Assembly (NCBI RefSeq): GCF_037042905.1
Contig: NC_087245.1
Location: 7,566,001-7,630,000, forward strand
Direction: 5' to 3'
Length of the DNA stretch: 64,000 nt
Source of the DNA: Lytechinus pictus
Taxonomy: Eukaryota
The notes under the pieces were generated by a model that was not told where the DNA came from, searched no databases, and saw nothing but the letters and a program-made list of their open reading frames with translations. The position numbers and the translations under genes are program-made. Positions 22,137 to 34,554 of the stretch are shown here, in pieces (the first letter of the stretch is position 1; the number at the start of each line of letters is the position of its first letter).

Positions 22137-25100
22137 TTGATTGATTGATTGATTGATTTTATTTGGCAAGTCACCATAACATATATACAGTAGCATTAAA
22201 ACAACAGGCTTGCACAGGATGACCCACGAAAGCTCGAAAGCTTATTTCCAGTGGGGTCCTCAATATACAGAATTAAGATAATAAAATGTTAAAATTATAC
22301 TATTTACATATTAAAAATGAAGAAAAAAATCAGAATTTACTATTACCAATAAATAAGATATATAGACAATAAATAAGATATATACAAGAATATAACGAAG
22401 AAGAAGAAGAAAAGAAGGAGAAGGAAGAGGAGGAACAGAAGAAGAGAGGGGACGAGGAGTAGAAGGAGACGGAAGAAACTGATAACGAAGGGAAATAAAT
22501 AAGGAGAAGAACAACAGCATAAACGTGACGACAATAACAACAAGAAGAGGAGAATAGGAAGAAATACAAGAAATAGAAAGAATAGAAGAAAGGACATATC
22601 GAAGCTTCAATCAAACTATGTAAAATACATAATAATACCTAGTAGAGAAGAGAAAAGAACTAGGTCAGTATTCAGGCTAAATCAACCGTACAACATATCA
22701 TTTGCATCTTCTTTTTGACTCTCAAGTGAAAGATATTCTTTCAATTTCCTCTTAAAATGCAAAAAGTTTCCTATTTCCTTTATATCATTGGGAAGGGAAT
22801 TCCAATGTTTTATAGCATTGTAATAAAATGAGTTACCAATACTACCTACCCTTTCTGGTAAGCAAAAATTGAAATGGCTGTTTCTTGTATTATAGTTATG
22901 TATTTCGGTAACTAGATTAAAGTTTGATCCAATGTAATGATTCGATCTATTGTGATAGATTTTATGCACGTGGTGCAAAATAAGCTGTTTTGATCTTTTG
23001 TTGACTTCAAGAAAACCTGCTCCAGAGAGTTCGGTGTAGCCAACATGGGTTCTGGGACCAGAACAGCTAATGAATCTAACCATTTTATTCTGTATAATTT
23101 TCAACTTCTTTTTATCGAGTTCGCTTATGCCACTAAACCAAGCAGGGTTGGCATAGTCAAATAAACTCTGAATAAGAGCAAAACAGAGAATACGCCTTGC
23201 TTTTTGATCCATACAACTTTGATACCTGTACAAAAATTTCAAACGGGCATTCGCCCTTTTTACGATTGATTCTACTAAAGATGAAAATGAAAGGGAGCTA
23301 GTCAACTCAATGCCTAAATACTTTACAGATTCTTTCCTATGAATTATCTTATTATTGTATGATACTTCAAATTCAAATGAAGTTTTATGATTACTTTTAG
23401 AACAAAACAGAATGCTTTCGGTTTTGCCTAAGTGTAACGATAATCTATTATCAGTCATCCAATCGACACATGTAGACAGCTGTTCGCTAAGTTTTTCCTC
23501 AACAAATTTTGGGTTGGCATTTGAACAAAGTAGTACGCTATCATCTGCATACAATAATAATTTACAGTCAGCTTTTAAACAAATAGACATTTCATTGATA
23601 TAAGTTGAAAATAGGATTGGGCCTAAAATACTTCCCTGTGGAACTCCACACGTTATAGGCATAATTTTGGAACAAATATCGCGAATAGCCACTACTTGAT
23701 GTCGATTCGACAAGTAGGATTTGAACCATGCTACAGTAGCCTGGTTAAAACCCATTATTTGTAATTTTTTCAATAAGATGCCGTGATTAACTGTATCAAA
23801 TGCTTTTTGAAGATCTAGGAGTACCATCCCAACGAATTGTCCCTTAGACATATTTGTTCTCAGATAATCAGTCAAGTGAATAAGGCATGTCTCAGTCGAA
23901 TAGTCATGTCGAAAACCTGACTGATATTCGTAAATCATATCATTTTCTTTAAAATATTTTTCGATCTGAACACATACCGCCTTTTCTAGAATTTTGGATA
24001 CTATGCTTAAAACACTGATAGGTCTATAGTTTTCAACAGCAGTTTTATCTTTCTTCTTATGAATAGGAGTTACTTTTGCAATTTTCATATCCTCTGGGAA
24101 AGTGCTAGTAAAGATAGATAGATTTATTAAGAAATTTAATGGTTTGTACAAACTCTTTGCTCCTTCTTTTAGAAATTTAGCAGGTATCAAATCTAACCCA
24201 GTGCTTTTTGATACATTTAATTTACGCAACTCATTAAAAATGAATTGATCACTAACAGGTAATAATTCAAATTTATCTTGGCTTATACCCTTTTTTTCAT
24301 AAAATTTACGAATGTTTTCACTGTCTGCACTGAAAATGTCTTTGCAAGATGGAAGTTTATCTACCAACGTAGCTGCGACATTTGTAAAATAGGAATTGAA
24401 TTCATTGGAAATAGTTATCTTATCATGACATAATTCTCCGTCAATTGAAACGACTAATTCTTGGTCCTTTCCATTTTTCTTTTTTAATCCCAAACTTTTT
24501 AGATTCTGCCAAAGTCTTTTAGAATCATTTTTATTTTCTTCTATTTTATTTTGTAGGTATTCTAATTTGGCCTTTTTCACCTCTCTTTGAACCATATTTC
24601 TTAATTTCTTGTATCTTTTGGAAAGCGTGTCATAATCCTGATCGCTTAGATTTTTCTTCATTTTTTTATACGCCACATTTCTTTCTCGAATAAGAGAAAT
24701 AATATCTTTAGTCATCCAGTTTTCTGATCTCTGTTTAATTCTAATCCGTTTTTGAGGCGCTATCATATTCAACGTTGAAATAAAAGTATTTTGAAAAACT
24801 GACCAAGCCTTATTTACGTCAGTGCATTGGGTTAAATCTGACCAATCAACGGCAGACAGTTTAAGATTGAAAGATTCTTCGCTATATTTTTTCAACGATC
24901 TGATATCAGTGGTTCTGTGAACACCTATAGCCAGCCTAATTTTCTTTCGTGTACAGAAAGTAAAAGAATGGTCACTTATACCAAGATCAATAACACCACT
25001 TTGACTTATTTTTTGTTCGTTATTACAAATCACATGGTCCAATAAAGAAGAACATGTGTGAGTGACACGGGTTGCATCTTTGATGAGTTGGCTAAATCCA

Positions 25101-25800
25101 TGAAGACTCAATAAGTCAGTATATTTTTTAGCCAGTGGAGATTTCTGAAAAAGACAAACATTCATATCGCCTAAAAGTATAATTTCATCATCTTTCTTTA
25201 ATATATCGAGAATATTTGACATCTTCTCAATAAATTGATTGCTTTTCGGAGGCCTATAAATGACGCCAGCAATAATTGGTTTTGATCTTGGTAGAAGCAA
25301 ATTAATCCACAGTGATTCAGAATCACCTGTACTTAAAACATCTATGATATTGAATGCAATATCATTTCGGACATAAAAACATACACCACCCCCAGAGCCT
25401 GATAATCTATCATTGCGTATTACTTTGTATCCATCTATATTGATTTCTTCATCGTTCACCGAGTTATTTAGCCATGTTTCTGTGAAAGCAATGACTGCAA
25501 GATTCTTTCTCTTAAAAAGAATTCGAAGTTCTGAAATTTTTGGAAGAATAGATCTAACATTTAGATGTACAAAGTGAAGGCCTTTTACAGCAAATATGTT
25601 TTCAAAATCTTGATAAAGTAAACTTGAATCCTTCGAGTTTTTTTGTTGTAAATTTGGCTCTGGAATGTTTTCGGGTACCCGAATTTCTTTCTCACAGTTT
25701 ACAATAGTATTATTGTAGTCGTCAAATAAAGATTCACAGAAAGATGGTAAAAAACAGCCTTTCATTTTCATTGAGTAAGAAAGAGCAATGTGTCTGCTAC
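22137..25800 (-). mobile_element. Young LINE retrotransposon, 5'-truncated (no ORF1 seen), with 3' UTR stem-loop, AATAAA and (ATCA)n tail
   Basis: (TTGA)n then TTTATT at 22137-22163 on +; stem-loop at about 22218-22261; no TSD found; 5' boundary approximate. Confidence 0.88.
22682..25771 (-). CDS. LINE ORF2: AP endonuclease + reverse transcriptase (L2/CR1 group, Crack/Daphne-like), 1029 aa
   Basis: EN motifs NVRS, FTETWL, GGGV, YRPP, GDMN, LDH, SDH; RT motifs QSGFR, LDLQKAFDTV, GVPQGSILGP, YADD, KYLG; no stops. Confidence 0.96.
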   Translation of the reverse strand: MKMKGCFLPSFCESLFDDYNNTIVNCEKEIRVPENIPEPNLQQKNSKDSSLLYQDFENIFAVKGLHFVHLNVRSILPKISELRILFKRKNLAVIAFTETWLNNSVNDEEINIDGYKVIRNDRLSGSGGGVCFYVRNDIAFNIIDVLSTGDSESLWINLLLPRSKPIIAGVIYRPPKSNQFIEKMSNILDILKKDDEIILLGDMNVCLFQKSPLAKKYTDLLSLHGFSQLIKDATRVTHTCSSLLDHVICNNEQKISQSGVIDLGISDHSFTFCTRKKIRLAIGVHRTTDIRSLKKYSEESFNLKLSAVDWSDLTQCTDVNKAWSVFQNTFISTLNMIAPQKRIRIKQRSENWMTKDIISLIRERNVAYKKMKKNLSDQDYDTLSKRYKKLRNMVQREVKKAKLEYLQNKIEENKNDSKRLWQNLKSLGLKKKNGKDQELVVSIDGELCHDKITISNEFNSYFTNVAATLVDKLPSCKDIFSADSENIRKFYEKKGISQDKFELLPVSDQFIFNELRKLNVSKSTGLDLIPAKFLKEGAKSLYKPLNFLINLSIFTSTFPEDMKIAKVTPIHKKKDKTAVENYRPISVLSIVSKILEKAVCVQIEKYFKENDMIYEYQSGFRHDYSTETCLIHLTDYLRTNMSKGQFVGMVLLDLQKAFDTVNHGILLKKLQIMGFNQATVAWFKSYLSNRHQVVAIRDICSKIMPITCGVPQGSILGPILFSTYINEMSICLKADCKLLLYADDSVLLCSNANPKFVEEKLSEQLSTCVDWMTDNRLSLHLGKTESILFCSKSNHKTSFEFEVSYNNKIIHRKESVKYLGIELTSSLSFSSLVESIVKRANARLKFLYRYQSCMDQKARRILCFALIQSLFDYANPAWFSGISELDKKKLKIIQNKMVRFISCSGPRTHVGYTELSGAGFLEVNKRSKQLILHHVHKIYHNRSNHYIGSNFNLVTEIHNYNTRNSHFNFCLPERVGSIGNSFYYNAIKHWNSLPNDIKEIGNFLHFKRKLKEYLSLESQKEDANDMLYG

Positions 25801-26039
25801 ATATTAGGTATATATATTCAATATACAGTTGGAATAGATTTCCATTTTATCCAAAAATACACTTAGAAATTAAAATTGTATTGCATTATTCAGAGTCTGT
25901 TCGCTGACGGTGTCATGTAATAAAAATTATATCTTTCTCATGTTTTTCTGTCTTTATTACAACCAAGTGACAGTCGGGATGGATGATAAATTTCAACGTC
26001 TTTCTCAAAATTCACTGTAAAATGAATTGTACCATGTGA

Positions 26040-26385
26040 TGGGGCGTCATGGCCATGTTGTTACGACTCTCGTCTTTCAATTAGCGGGACGTGGGTTCGA
26101 TTCCTAACCATGGCATGTTTTCCTTCAGCATGAAATTCATCCACATTGTGCTGCATCAACCCATGCAGGTGAGGTGAATGGGTGCCCGACAGGATTAATT
26201 TTTTGAATTCACTAAGCGCCCTAGCAGCTGGAGCTGAAGCCGGGGTAATATATAGTGCACCATCGAATAGGTAACTAGATAATCGGCGCCTCATAAATGG
26301 TATATATTACTATTATCAAATTATTATCATTATTATCAGTATTATTATTAATATCATTATTATCATTTCTATCATTATCGTTTAT
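26040..26385 (+). mobile_element. tRNA-derived SINE with (ATT)n tail
   Basis: B-box GGTTCGATTCC; body shared with 28809-29105 (TCCTTCAGCA...ATCCACATTGTGCTGCA...GGTGAATGGGT). Confidence 0.8.
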
Positions 26386-26946
26386 GCATTTTTCGCTGCT
26401 TTTGCGTAACCATGGTAACGGCTGTAATCGTACATTGTGTTTGAAACTTTAGTTCACGATTCACGTCGTTTTTAGTTACTTATTGTGATAAAGAATTTTT
26501 AGAGATGATTAATTTTCTAAGATGATGTACCGGGCAAGGCATGCATGTCCTCGTTGACTAAAAAAATGTCGAGATTTGTCGTGATTTAATGGAATTATAA
26601 GAGCCCCAGTGTACCAATTTCATGTTTACTTTAATTTCTTTTCATGTTACCATATCTTGGTGAGTAGTCTTCGTTTTTATGTATGGTGATTTTTACCAAA
26701 ATGTATTTTATGTTTTACTTTTAAAAAGCAGCTGCCAAATAAAATGATAATCATTTTTATGCTATATATTTGCCTGTGACTACATTGTATTATTATTTGA
26801 ATGACCAAAATAAATTCAATTATGTTGTAAAAATGTGAAGTAGCATTTTTCAAAAAAGGATCCTGATAATATTTTAAGAGATTAAGAGGAGAAAGCGACT
26901 GGACTGTGAGCGTGGTGAGATAAAGCGATGACAATGGAAGAGTAAT

Positions 26947-28280
26947 TGGCTTAGGGGATGGGTGGAGACAGTGACGAGGGATTGGCTTAGGAGAGGAGGT
27001 AGAGGGTGGAGGGATGAAGAGATGAGGTTTGGCTTAGGGGAGGAGGTAGAGGGTGGAGGGATAAAGTGATGAGGTTTGGCTTAGGGCAGGAGGTAGAGGG
27101 TGGAGGGATAAAGTGATGAGGTTTGGCTTAGGGCAGGAGGTAGAGGGTGGAGGGATAAAGTGATGAGGTTTGGCTTAGGGGAGGAGGTAGAGGGTGGGGG
27201 AATAAAGTGATGAGGTTTGGCTTATGGGAGGAGGTAGAGGGTGGAGGGATAAAGTGATGAGGTTTGGCTTAGGGGAGGAGGTAGAGGATGGAGGGATAAA
27301 GTGATGAGGTTTGGCTTAGGGGAGGAGGTAGAGGGTGGAGGGATAAAGTGATGAGGTTAGGCTTAGGGGAGGAGGTAGAGGGTGGAGGGATAAAGTGATG
27401 AGGTTTGGCTTAGGGGAGGAGGTAGAGGGTGGAGGGATAAAGTGATGAGGTTTGGCTTAGGGGAGGAGGTAGAGGATGGAGGGATAAAGTGATGAGGTTT
27501 GGCTTAGGGGAGGAGGTAGAGGGTGGAGGGATAAAGTGATGAGGTTTGGCTTAGGGGAGAGGGTGGAGGGATAAAGTGATGAGGTTTGGCATAGGGGAGG
27601 AGGTAGAGGGTGGAGAGATAAAGTAATGAGGTTAGGCTTAGGGGAGGAGGTAGAGGGTGGAGGGATAAAGTGATGAGGTTTGGCTTAGGGGAGGAGGTAG
27701 AGGGTGGAGGGATAAAGTGATGAGGTTTGGCTTAGGGGAGGAGGTAGAGGGTGGAGGGATAAAGTGATGAGGTTTAGCATAGGGGAGGAGGTAGAGGGTG
27801 GAGAGATAAAGTGATGAGGTTTGGCTTAGGGGAGGAGGTAGAGGGTGGAGGGATAAAGTGATGAGGTTTGGCTTCGGGGAGGAGGTAGAGGGTGGAGGGA
27901 TAAAGAGATGAGGGTTTGGCTTAGGGGAGGAGGTAGAGGGTGGAGAGATAGTGATAAGGGCTTGGCTTAGGGGGAGGAGTTGGATGGTTGAGAGTTAAAA
28001 ACGATGAGGGGTGGCTTATTGGAGGCATGGGGGTGGAAAGCGATGGTGATGGGATGGCTTTGGGAGTATAGTGGGGATGGAGAGATGAAGTGATGAGGGA
28101 GTGGCCTCAGGGATGGTGGGTAGAAAAAAAAGCGAAAAGGCGGTGATTTGGGAGAGAGTGAGTGGGTGGAGAAATGAAGCGATGAATGATTGTCTAAATA
28201 GATATAGAGATGAGCGATGAGGGGTGGCTTCGAGGAGAAGTGGGAGGGTGGGTAAATAGAGCGATGGGGGAGTGGCATAG
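26947..28280 (+). repeat. 47-bp G-rich minisatellite, about 20 clean copies with degenerate flanks
   Basis: Unit GGCTTAGGGGAGGAGGTAGAGGGTGGAGGGATAAAGTGATGAGGTTT; starts at 27031, 27078, etc. Confidence 0.95.
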
Positions 28281-28808
28281 GGAAAAATGGAGCGATAACG
28301 TTTATAGGATACTAACTGCAGTATTCGTCATTAAAACAATTTATATCCGTCAGAATAGATTTGCGAGTGAGTGAAAGGCCTGAAAAGCGACAATAGAGAG
28401 AGGGTGAGACTAATATTCCCGAAATATACACCCCAAAAAAAGAGAGAGAGGGAGAGTGGGGGAGAAAAGAAATCATCTCACAAACTGTCCTACCTCTATC
28501 CTATCTACATGTACATCATCTTCTAGATAGCTCCCGTTGATTCCTCCGCCCTCACCAGCAATTCGGATGACGTATTTCGAGCTTCTGAAGGCCACGAACT
28601 TTCTATTAATGCCGTGGTCACGATGAAGTATTTCGAAATCGAGACACAAAGTTTTGAAAATAATATATATATTATCCCAGAATCGACTATAAAAAAAAAA
28701 CTTTTTAAAGAAAAGTTATGATGAAATCCGATGATATTTTTATTTCCATCAAGGTTTTTTCTTAAAACAAAGCCCGAGTACTCTCTAAAAAAGGGTTTAC
28801 CCAATATT

Positions 28809-29105
28809 GGAGCGTGGTGGCCCAGTGGATAAGTCTCCTGACTTTGAAACAGAGGGTCGTGGGATCGAATCCCAGTCACGGCGTAGTTTCCTTCAGCAAG
28901 TAATTCATCCACATTGTGCTGCACTCAACCCAGGTGAGGTGAATGGGTACCTGGCAGTGATTTATTACTTAAAATGCGTGTGCGCTGTAATCTTAGTAAT
29001 TACGGCTGCCAAGCTACAGCTGGGATAATAATATCCAAGTCCTTTAAAAGCGCACAGAGACATTATTCATAATGTGATATGCGCTATACAAGAACTGTAT
29101 ATTCA
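28809..29105 (+). mobile_element. tRNA-derived SINE nested in a CACT-type MITE
   Basis: A-box TGGCCCAGTGG, B-box GGATCGAATCCC; same family as 26040. Confidence 0.82.
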
Positions 29106-30155
29106 ATGGGAACATGCATATTTGTTGGGAAAATTTTATGCAATGTTGCGCGTTGAAATAGCTCAATATGAGGAAAAAAATACACAGCAAACATGCAAGT
29201 TCCCTTTCTACCCAATATTGGGTAACATTTTACTACTATACTTCACATTATTCATGTATTGTTATATTTTACCTCACAAATAATATCAATCAATCAATTA
29301 GAGTGTAAGAAAAATCTTTGATTTAAAGTTATTTTATGATATTTGAATCAATTCTTGATTCGAATAAAAAACATTATAAAACAAAAAGACAGAGATATTG
29401 AAAAGAAATAGTTCATGAAAATTCACGGGGCTCAGTGGATAAGTCTCCGGACAATGAAGCCAGAGGTCTGAAGTCAGTCGATTTACCACACAGCAACACT
29501 CGCGTCCTTTGGCAATTAATTAAGGCGTTAATTTACATAGGCCTATGCTATTCGATCTCTATCAAATAGTGTGGTAAATACGATAGGAAGTGAATTCTCG
29601 AATGCTTAATTGAGCACCAAATTAAAGTACTTAAGTTGAGGTAATAATATTAGAAATTAACATAGGTCCTAACATGTTAAGCAGCTAGGGCCCGCTGGCA
29701 GAACAGTCTTTTCACAGAACAGTGAAGTGGCTACGCTGGCCTTATGGCGTTTAATATTATTACTTAGCCTATATTGTTATAATTATTATTATTATTATCA
29801 TCATCATCATCATCATTTTTATGATTTTAATAACCCCCCCCCCAAAAAAAAATGAATAAATAATAATAACAATAATAATAAATGAATAAGAATAAAAATA
29901 ATGATAATAATATTAGTAATAATAATAAATATTTAAATTCAAAATAAGCCTAATAATAATAATATAAAACGTTCAGACAGTGGTATGATCAATGAAGGCT
30001 CAATTATGTTTCTTTATGTTATGTTTCAATGAAGAGCAAATATGCCAAATATGGACTATTCATGAGTAAAGTGACATGGCTATGGGATGGCTGCATGGGC
30101 AACCTCCACATAATTATTTTATCAGTATTTTATTTGTATTTTTGAACGAAATATT

Positions 30156-30184
30156 TGCTGCCATCTACAGCCCAGCCCGCCAAA
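30156..30184 (+). promoter_or_regulatory. Putative CHRAC1 proximal promoter with E2F-like CCCGCCAAA (30176-30184) and YY1-like GCCATCT
   Basis: Motif matches 50-80 bp upstream of the ATG; function inferred. Confidence 0.4.
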
Positions 30185-30236
30185 TTCGATACTCGGACTC
30201 TGTAGCTGTCGAGTTTCTGTGCTTTGGCTTTGCAGA

Positions 30237-30356
30237 ATGTCTCAAAACAAGAATTCTACGCTTCTTCCTGCCCTCCGGATAAGGACAATCATGAAAAGCT
30301 CCCCAGAAATTAGTGCGATCAGTCAAGAATCACTCTATTTGATCACAAAAGCAACG
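30237..30356 (+). CDS. CHRAC1: CHRAC1 (histone-fold CHRAC15) exon 1 only: MSQNKNSTLLPALRIRTIMKSSPEISAISQESLYLITKAT
   Basis: Matches the CHRAC1 pattern LPxxRIRxIMKSSPExSxIxQExLxLxxKAT; ends ACG|gtaagt, phase 0. Shorter than the ORF-track cutoff in this frame. Confidence 0.88.
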
Positions 30357-30678
30357 GTAAGTCAGAATTTTATGTAAACTTAACGCTAGACGATAAGGCT
30401 TAGATGCCGTTGTCGCTAGTCCTAGTCCCGTCTACTCTTTTTGGTGCAGTAATTTCTAGTTCTACTGAGCCTGAGGCGCTTCGGCCTCTGTCTCTGACGA
30501 CTTTGTTTGTTATATTGTTTGTTTCGAATTCCGACGAACCTTTTTAGCTCCACTCACCAATTTTGGCCTACTGAGATCGAAGTTCTAACTCGATCTGTAC
30601 ACACTCACACGTATTGCGCACTCCTAGTAGTAGTACCAATCACTCTAGGCGACACCCCAATACTAGGCACGGCCGTAG

Positions 30679-30694
30679 TCACTAGATGGCGCTG
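30679..30694 (+). promoter_or_regulatory. CTCF-like motif CACTAGATGGCGCTG
   Basis: Close match to the CTCF core consensus CCACYAGRKGGCRS; motif only. Confidence 0.35.
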
Positions 30695-32456
30695 TCGCGG
30701 AAGTGCTCAAAATTTGTACGCAAGCTTCGTTCGCATGTCAATCATTGCAATCGCATAGCGATGCGATATCGTCAAAATTAAGCCCCTGTTAGCGCGGATG
30801 TGTATGATATTTTCTCTTTGTGATTGTCCTCCCGTGCGATGAAAAATATGTCATCGTATTGCACAGGACTCTCGCGAGCTACCGATACCATTTTCGTGCC
30901 CCAAATTCCATGAAATCTTCCGAAAATAAACATGAAAGTGTCGGTAAGTCGAAAATGTCTTGAGTTGCTTTCAATTCTTACCTTATTTAGTTGTATTTCT
31001 TGTAAAATGGGTCTCGAAGGGTTCCGGATTTTCCGTTGATTGTGAAACTTGAGTTGATTTCCTTTCTGTGTATTGCAGTGAAATTGCAGCGCGGGGAATC
31101 GCAAGGGCTGGGGAAGCCCTTCTCAGTGAGGTTTGCAAGCTGAGCTGTCCTTGAATTTGGTCGAATTTCGAGCCATTTTAATCGCGCGCGGGATGATTAA
31201 TTTACATCATAATAGAGATTAAGATTACGTCACGTACGTGCGTACCTGTGATACACACAGAAATGAAATTGAACTTGAATCACACGGAATCACAGTCAAG
31301 AAATGCTTTGTTTTCTTCGTTTGCTGAATGATTTCCTGAATTTAAAATCATGAATAAACACCAGAGTAATGACATGAATAAGATAATCATGGTCATATTT
31401 GAGAAATAACTAAATATTTTCTGAAAACGAGTGAAGATGATGGGGCAGTGATGTGCATGCACTGGAAAATGAACATTCACTGTCGGTGTCAGTGCCGTGG
31501 TGTCAGTGTTTTACTGCCAATACTGGCTTTACTTTTGCCAACTACCGGTAGATTAAAAACTCATTTATTGATATGTTTATTGCAATTTTTGAATAAATGG
31601 TAATACAAAGTGGGAAAAAAAAGATAAATGAAGATAAAAATAATTTTGACTAAAAACTTGTCATGCCATCACCCCCCCCCCCTAAAAAAAATACCCACTA
31701 TCTTGAATGACTCAGGTAATTTAATTTGTATTGAAAAAAATAAACAATTGTATTTATGCATTTTATATTTCTGATTCTTTCTGCCAGAATACCAGATGCC
31801 ATCATGAATAACCTCACCACCAGGTTGAACTCCTAAACATCTTGATGATGACTATCTCCCGAGATATATCTTGCCTTCTTGAGATTGGAAGTTTTAAGTT
31901 CAAGTCAGAGCGACCTAAGGCCCTACTACCAAGAAGAATCCAGATTTACATAAAAACAAATCCCACGAAAGATACAAACTGATTTTACTATTAATGTGTA
32001 GTGTGTGTGTGAGACACTGTTTGTGTTTATTTTGATGAGGATCTCCTGTCTCTTTTTATTATTTCATTGACTGAATGAATGATCAATACCTAAAAGTGAG
32101 AACTGATTTTTGAGGAGAGTAGATAAGTGTATGGTTTTGAGTGAATTTGAGTAACTTTTGTTTTTATTACCGGTATTTTTTTCATCATTATTATTATTTT
32201 GCCTTTTATTACATATTTTCAGTTTATTTAACATTAAGTTTAAGTAACCAAACTTGATCAAAGTGTTCAATTTTTGGGATAGAATTTTGTAATTTCATTT
32301 ATCAGGTAATAAAACTGAGTTTGGTAAATCTAAAAAAGGACACTAAAAATATGAACACTTGGAGATGCTCACTAAGATGAGGAAAAAACATGAAAGGAAC
32401 TGGAACTTAAGTGGATGTTATAGCATGCCTTTCGAAGATCTCCAAGCACCTGGAAT

Positions 32457-32701
32457 CATAGGCGGTGGAAGTGGGGGGGGGACGTATCCCACTAAATTTT
32501 AGGTGGGGAGGGGACGACCCCCCCCCCCCCCCTCAATTTTTTGTTGATAACCTTTTTTTTTTTTTTTTTTGGCTTGTCAATTTTCACTTTTGTTTCCTGT
32601 GTCCCCCCCCCCCCCAAGATTTTTGGTCACTATTTTTTTTTTTTTTTTGTCAAAAAGTTTTGGCGGTTCCCCCCTAAAATTTTTGGCTTCCGCCGCCAAT
32701 G
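32457..32701. mobile_element. hAT-type MITE, inverted relative of 4386-4609
   Basis: Same TIRs; TSD CCTGGAAT/CCAGGAAT. Confidence 0.85.
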
Positions 32702-33441
32702 CCAGGAATGGTGATGTTCAACTGAGAGTCGCTGAAGTGGAACTTGTTGCAGAGAATGATTATTCCAGGACAAGTTAGATGATATTACCCAGCCCATACA
32801 TCACAACAATGGAAGGGAGACAATATACCCCTGTACTACGTGAAGTATCATATTATCTTCAGGTTGGTTTGGAAAGTAATAATAGTCCTCTAGTCAATAT
32901 TAACGTCTGTCCAACATAATGGTACTATCGAGCAATTTGGGGGTTCAATCACAAACAGCAAAAGTTTAGTAAATTGACACTAGTAAGATAATTAAACAAA
33001 TATAATACAGCCAAACTGTCTGACCCCTTACTTGACTACTGACTTAACTACTTATTAAAAAATGACAAGTGATGCTTAGGCCCTTTGTAACCATTGTATT
33101 GGGCAGACTTTGAAGCAGATGACTAGAATTCATACTTTCATGATGATGAAGGAAGATCAAAAGAATTATTACAATTTAGCAAATATGAAATTAGAACACT
33201 GTCATGGTTATAAAAAATAATGAATTTCTATCAAGTAAAATGACAATACAATATAAGAAATAATTGCAATCAAGTAATTTCATTTGCAAAAGATATTTTC
33301 CATAATTTAATAACCAAATTTCTCAAGATAATATTCTTCTGCACAGAAGTGTATGACACGCTCAGTGTAAATCATGCTGTTTATAAATCTCTAGGAAACC
33401 TTTTTTTTCAAAATGAAAATACATGTAAACTTAATAAAAAC

Positions 33442-33636
33442 CAGGGGTGGATCCAGGATTTATCCTGGGGGGGGCACATTTTCATGATGAAAATTTGTCA
33501 AGCAAAAAAAGGGCCTTGCTTTCCGGGGGGGGCATACTTTGGTGAAAATGGCATATTTTCATTACAAATCTCGACTGAAGCTCTCTAAGGGGGGGGGGGG
33601 GTGAGCCAGATGTGCCCTCCCCCAGATCCACCAGTG
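33442..33636. mobile_element. hAT-type MITE
   Basis: CAGGGGTGGATCC...GATCCACCAGTG; TSD ATAAAAAC/ATAAAAAT. Confidence 0.75.
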
Positions 33637-34554
33637 ATAAAAATCAACATTTGTGAAAGATGGCATACGTACCTTATACTGAAATGGTAAATTCAATGCA
33701 TAAGTCTACAAAATGAAACTGACATGTTTGAATAAATTGCTTATTTTTGTTTCTAGAAAGAATTCATTAATAACAGCTTAGAGTTATTGAGAAAACATCA
33801 GGCAAACATAACATTCTGATATGCAATAACTAAATCTGTTTTAAATATGCTTTGTTTATGTCAAAGGCTTTATCGAAATAAGATTATGCTATAATTTATA
33901 AATTACTGCATTTTGGAGCCCATTAAAATTCAAAATGAATCATATAGGGCAGTGCCACACCTTATTCACTAAAATAAAGGAGGGGTGCAGCTGAAAAATC
34001 TCATCAGCAGGGGCAATAATTTTCACCGCCATTTCAATAGTACTATTAGATATCCTGAAAACACATAATTAAAATAAAATTAACTTTCTCTCAGGAAGTG
34101 CCCCTGTATACTATTACAGCCCTTGACCAGTATATTCTCTCAAGAGGTTCAATAATTCCTTCTCTTCCCTTAATTGTGAGTCGGTTCGGGTGCGAATGTG
34201 TCTGAAAAAAATGATAAGCCAAAAAAAAAAGATCATTAGTAAAAATTGTAGAGTGAACAGAACATATCATTAAAAAAAAATGACAAGCAAAAACAAAGAT
34301 TGATCTGGCATTGGAAAATAAAAGGAAATTAATGAACACCGCCCCCCCCCCCCCCCCCCCCCCCCCGCTTCAACATTTTTTGTTGTTTGCTTCTCCTGCT
34401 TACAACTTTATAACTTTACCTGATACACCATATATGGACCTTTCAAAACTTTTGGCTCCATTATCATGACTTTGCCACTGTTCAAGTATTATTTATTTGA
34501 AACCAATGCTAAGACTATAAGGTGAAATGAAATTATATAAAGAAAAAAAAAATT

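Noticed and set aside
22311..22614. Three overlapping hydrophobic ORFs
   Set aside because: Low-complexity pyrimidine tract in the LINE 3' UTR.
26040..29640. Functional tRNA genes at SINE heads (also about 1490, 4990 and 43170)
   Set aside because: No complete acceptor stem plus terminator; they continue into shared SINE bodies.
31800..33200. C/D-box snoRNAs at TGATGA motifs
   Set aside because: No convincing terminal stem with a properly spaced CTGA box.
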